From the NCBI GenBank assembly GCA_012522575.1, contig JAAYKE010000049.1, positions 2,445 to 66,444 on the forward strand: a stretch of DNA of 64,000 bases. Reading direction: 5' to 3'. Position 1 is the stretch's first letter; every line of letters begins with the position of its first letter. Below, in pieces: positions 61,047-64,000 of the stretch. Below the pieces are notes generated by a model, which had not been told where the DNA came from, searched no databases, and was given only the letters and a program-made list of their open reading frames with translations. The translations under genes and the position numbers were made by a program. The DNA comes from Armatimonadota bacterium (GTDB lineage: Bacteria; Armatimonadota; UBA5829).

Positions 61047-61348
61047 GTAACAGCTCACGAATGATGAGTACTCCTGTCCGTAGTGTCCGATCTCCGTCTC
61101 GGACTAGGCCGTTTGGAGGTTAGAAGTTGGAAGTTAGAGGTTAGAAGGTTTATTGAGAGGGTTCGAGTAGCCTCCAAATTTTGTCATTCCGAGGCAAATG
61201 CCGAGGAATCTGCTTTTTTCCGGGTTTCGTTTCTTTCGAGCTTTCGCGATTTACGAAACGGTATCTAACTTCGTTCGAAATGACATAGTTAATGTGGCCG
61301 GGACAGAGGCACGGCCACTACAATAACTCACGAAGAGTGAGTTGTTAT
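61047..61348 (+). repeat. Longest copy of MITE-like repeat family
   Basis: GTAACAGCTCACGAATGATGAG...GAGTGAGTTGTTAT; contains modules of both the 13407 and 20946 copies; CCGGCAG on both flanks. Confidence 0.8.
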
Positions 61349-61433
61349 TCCCGGCAGCAATATTTTGACCGTGCGGCGCGAAAGTGGTAGACTATAGATG
61401 ATGCCGGTCGGCCAACTGGTCGACGCAACTGGC

Positions 61434-61563
61434 CCGCTGGGGGTGCTCCGGAGAATATACGGGGCTGAGAAGCTCGAATGAGCTAACCCTTTGAACCTGC
61501 GTATAGAGAATGCAGAGCGTTTTCGTCCCTCCGTGGCATATCCACGGACCTGCAGGGAAGCGG
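61434..61563 (+). ncRNA. TPP riboswitch (atypical P4/P5 arm)
   Basis: GGGGTGC...GCTGAGA...ACCCTTTGAACCTG...CAGGGAA; P1 CCGCT/AGCGG; directly upstream of thiE-thiC-thiL. Confidence 0.85.
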
Positions 61564-61643
61564 AGAGGGTGCTTTTAGGCCGTGAGTCCCCGTCTCCGGA
61601 GGATTTGCGGCTTTTGTTATTTTTGGAGCCGGATTGAACTGTT

Positions 61644-62273
61644 ATGATTGAAGGGTTATACATAATAACAGACGAGGAACTGCATCCCGGCAGGACGCAT
61701 TTGATGATCGCGGAAGCTGCGATCGCAGGCGGAGCCGGATTGATTCAGATTCGAGACAAACACGCCTCCGACCGAGACCTATATGAGGCGGCAATGGCTG
61801 TTCGCGAGGCGTGCACTCGAGCAGGTGCGCTGCTTTTTGTAAACGATCGAGTGCATATTGCCGCTGCGGTCGGGGCTGATGGGGTAAATATAGGCCAGAG
61901 TGACCTGCCTGTTGCGGCAGTCAGAACGATACTGGGTAAGAATGCCGTCATAGGAGTCTCTTGCGATTGCCTTAAGCAGGCTCTGCAAGCTGAAAAGGAC
62001 GGTGCGGACTACATCGGGTATGGCCCTGTTTTTCCTACCTCGACCAAGCTCGATGCAGGGCCAGTGTCCGGCTTGGAGACGCTCAGAAAAGTATGTGATT
62101 CGGTTAACATTCCGGTGGTAGCGATTGGCGGAATCAATGCGGACAATATCGATCAGGTCGCAGCCGCGGGCGCACAATGCGCGGCAGTGATCTCTGCAAT
62201 CGTATGCGCTGACGATATGAAACAAGCGACTATCGAATTAATAAGGAGGTATGGGACCAAACGACAGGCGTAA
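61644..62273 (+). CDS. thiE: Thiamine-phosphate synthase
   Basis: LYIIT, QIRDK, VNDR, GQSD, GPVFPTSTK, AIGGI. Confidence 0.95.
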   Translation: MIEGLYIITDEELHPGRTHLMIAEAAIAGGAGLIQIRDKHASDRDLYEAAMAVREACTRAGALLFVNDRVHIAAAVGADGVNIGQSDLPVAAVRTILGKNAVIGVSCDCLKQALQAEKDGADYIGYGPVFPTSTKLDAGPVSGLETLRKVCDSVNIPVVAIGGINADNIDQVAAAGAQCAAVISAIVCADDMKQATIELIRRYGTKRQA

Positions 62274-62295
62274 AGCAACTGTCCGTTGATCCCTG

Positions 62296-63597
62296 TTGCC
62301 TGAAATGACACAGTTGGAAGCCGCCCGCAAGGGCAGAATAACTGAGGAGATGGAGCGGGTCGCTCAGAGCGAAAACGTCAACATCGATGTGCTGGTCAAA
62401 CACGTCGCAGCCGGCAGCGTGGTGATTCCGAAAAATGTGAACCGCGACCTGAAGCGCGTCGAGGCCGTCGGGTTGGGGTTGCGCACAAAGGTCAACGCCA
62501 ATATCGGCACATCCGCAACGTTTCCGGATATAAAAGATGAACTGGCGAAACTGCAGGCCGCCCTCGATGCAGGCGCGGATGCCGTGATGGACCTATCGAC
62601 CGGCGGCAATTTGACCGATATTCGCAAGGCCATATTGGAGAACTGCGATGTGGCTCTGGGGACCGTGCCTATCTATGAATGCGCGGTCGATGTGGTCGGG
62701 GAGCACGGCGGGATAGTCAAAATAACCGGCGATGACCTGATGGGCACTATCGAGCGACAGGCCAGGCAGGGAATTGACTTTATGACGCTGCACTGCGGCG
62801 TCACGCTGGAGAGCATATCCCGTATGCGTGATCAGGGCAGATTGATGGACGTCACCAGCAGAGGCGGAGCTTTTCTGGTCAACTGGATTTTGGCCAATGG
62901 AAAAGAGAACCCGCTGTATGAACGGTATGACGACGTATTGGCGATCGCCAGAAAATATGATATCACCCTCAGCCTTGGGGATGGTTTCAGGCCGGGATGC
63001 CTGGCGGACGCGACCGACCGAGCGCAGGTTCAAGAGCTTATAATCCTTGGTGAACTGGTGAAGCGCGCCAGGGAAGCCGGCGTGCAGGCGATGGTCGAAG
63101 GGCCGGGACATGTGCCTCTTAACCAGATTGCCGCTAATATGCAGATTCAGAAAAGTCTGTGCGAGGGCGCGCCGTTTTATGTGCTTGGGCCGCTGGTGAC
63201 GGATGTGGCCCCGGGTTATGATCATATAACCTCGGCTATTGGCGGCGCGATAGCAGCGATGAATGGCGCGGATTTTATCTGCTATGTCACTCCGAGCGAA
63301 CACCTCGGCCTGCCCACTGTGCAAGACGTTAAAGAAGGCGTCATCGCCGCAAGAATCGCCGGACACGCTGCCGATATTGTAAAGGGTTTGCCCGGAGCGG
63401 CCGAGTGGGACAGACAGATGGCGATCGCCCGCAAGGATCGAGACTGGGAAAAACAACTTGAACTGGCCATCGACCCGGTTAAGGCTCGCGAAGTCTATAA
63501 TAAGCGATCCGGCGATGTTGACGAAGTTTGCTCAATGTGCGGTGAGTTGTGCGCGATGAAAGTTGTTGAAGAATACCTGGGCAAAACGAAGATTTGA
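62296..63597 (+). CDS. thiC: Phosphomethylpyrimidine synthase
   Basis: KVNANIG, MDLSTG, SRGG, EGPGHVP, CSMCGELC. Confidence 0.97.
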   Translation: MPEMTQLEAARKGRITEEMERVAQSENVNIDVLVKHVAAGSVVIPKNVNRDLKRVEAVGLGLRTKVNANIGTSATFPDIKDELAKLQAALDAGADAVMDLSTGGNLTDIRKAILENCDVALGTVPIYECAVDVVGEHGGIVKITGDDLMGTIERQARQGIDFMTLHCGVTLESISRMRDQGRLMDVTSRGGAFLVNWILANGKENPLYERYDDVLAIARKYDITLSLGDGFRPGCLADATDRAQVQELIILGELVKRAREAGVQAMVEGPGHVPLNQIAANMQIQKSLCEGAPFYVLGPLVTDVAPGYDHITSAIGGAIAAMNGADFICYVTPSEHLGLPTVQDVKEGVIAARIAGHAADIVKGLPGAAEWDRQMAIARKDRDWEKQLELAIDPVKAREVYNKRSGDVDEVCSMCGELCAMKVVEEYLGKTKI

Positions 63598-63631
63598 TAA
63601 GCTACAGGCAAAATGTGAGGCATTGCTGGCA

Positions 63632-64000
63632 GTGAAGATTTCCGAAGCGGGCGGCGAGAGAGCCATCATAAAGCTGATTCGGGATCAATTCGGCTCCCCG
63701 GCAGAGGGCGACCTCGCGCTAGGCATCGGGGACGACGCTGCACTGATTCGATCGGGAGATATGTTTCTGATCGTCACCACCGATATGCTTCTCGAAAACA
63801 CCCATTTTCGCATGGAGCTTATCGACGGATATCAGTTGGGCTGGAAAAGCGCGGCGGTAAACATATCGGACGTTGCGGCTATGGGAGGGACGCCGACTTA
63901 CTCATTTGTCAGCATCGGCCTGCCGGATATAGAAATCGGCGTCGTCGAATCCATCTATGAGGGCATAAGGGATGTCTCGGCGAAATATGGCAGCGTGCTG
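63632..64000 (+). CDS. thiL: Thiamine-monophosphate kinase, 5' part (runs off window)
   Basis: GTG start; GIGDDAA, TTDML...HF, GWKSAAVNISDVAAMGG. Confidence 0.9.
   Translation, partial: MKISEAGGERAIIKLIRDQFGSPAEGDLALGIGDDAALIRSGDMFLIVTTDMLLENTHFRMELIDGYQLGWKSAAVNISDVAAMGGTPTYSFVSIGLPDIEIGVVESIYEGIRDVSAKYGSVL

Overview
Bacterial chromosome segment. The prepilin/H-X9-DG protein, many exported glycan-active enzymes and Firmicutes-like housekeeping genes suggest Armatimonadota or a similar lineage (inference only). Most of the window is housekeeping (metG, mnmG-rsmG, ileS-lspA-lgt, holA, rluD, thiE-thiC-thiL behind a TPP riboswitch, tRNA-Arg and tRNA-Pro) plus carbohydrate-utilisation genes (GH3, GH43, GH94, GH20, heparinase-like, DUF4838, MalK-type ATPase). 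The stand-out is a co-oriented ~9.4 kb cluster (40724-50102) that looks like a complete, membrane-anchored, eukaryote-like ubiquitination system. It encodes a YukD-like ubiquitin-like protein ending in Gly, an E1, two E2s with HPN/Cys, three RING-finger membrane proteins (candidate E3s) plus a decayed fourth, two JAB deconjugases (one fused to TM+LysM), a membrane-anchored trypsin-like protease, a TM+FHA protein and a lipoprotein. Most of these unrelated proteins carry the same short acidic-hydrophobic motif (DDLEIEL-like), resembling a SUMO-interacting motif. Also notable: a modular MITE-like repeat family (5 copies), an archaeal-type PurO, a catalytically degenerate GH94 paralogue, an atypical TPP riboswitch and a frameshifted aminotransferase. 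All calls come from reading motifs by eye; no database searches were run.
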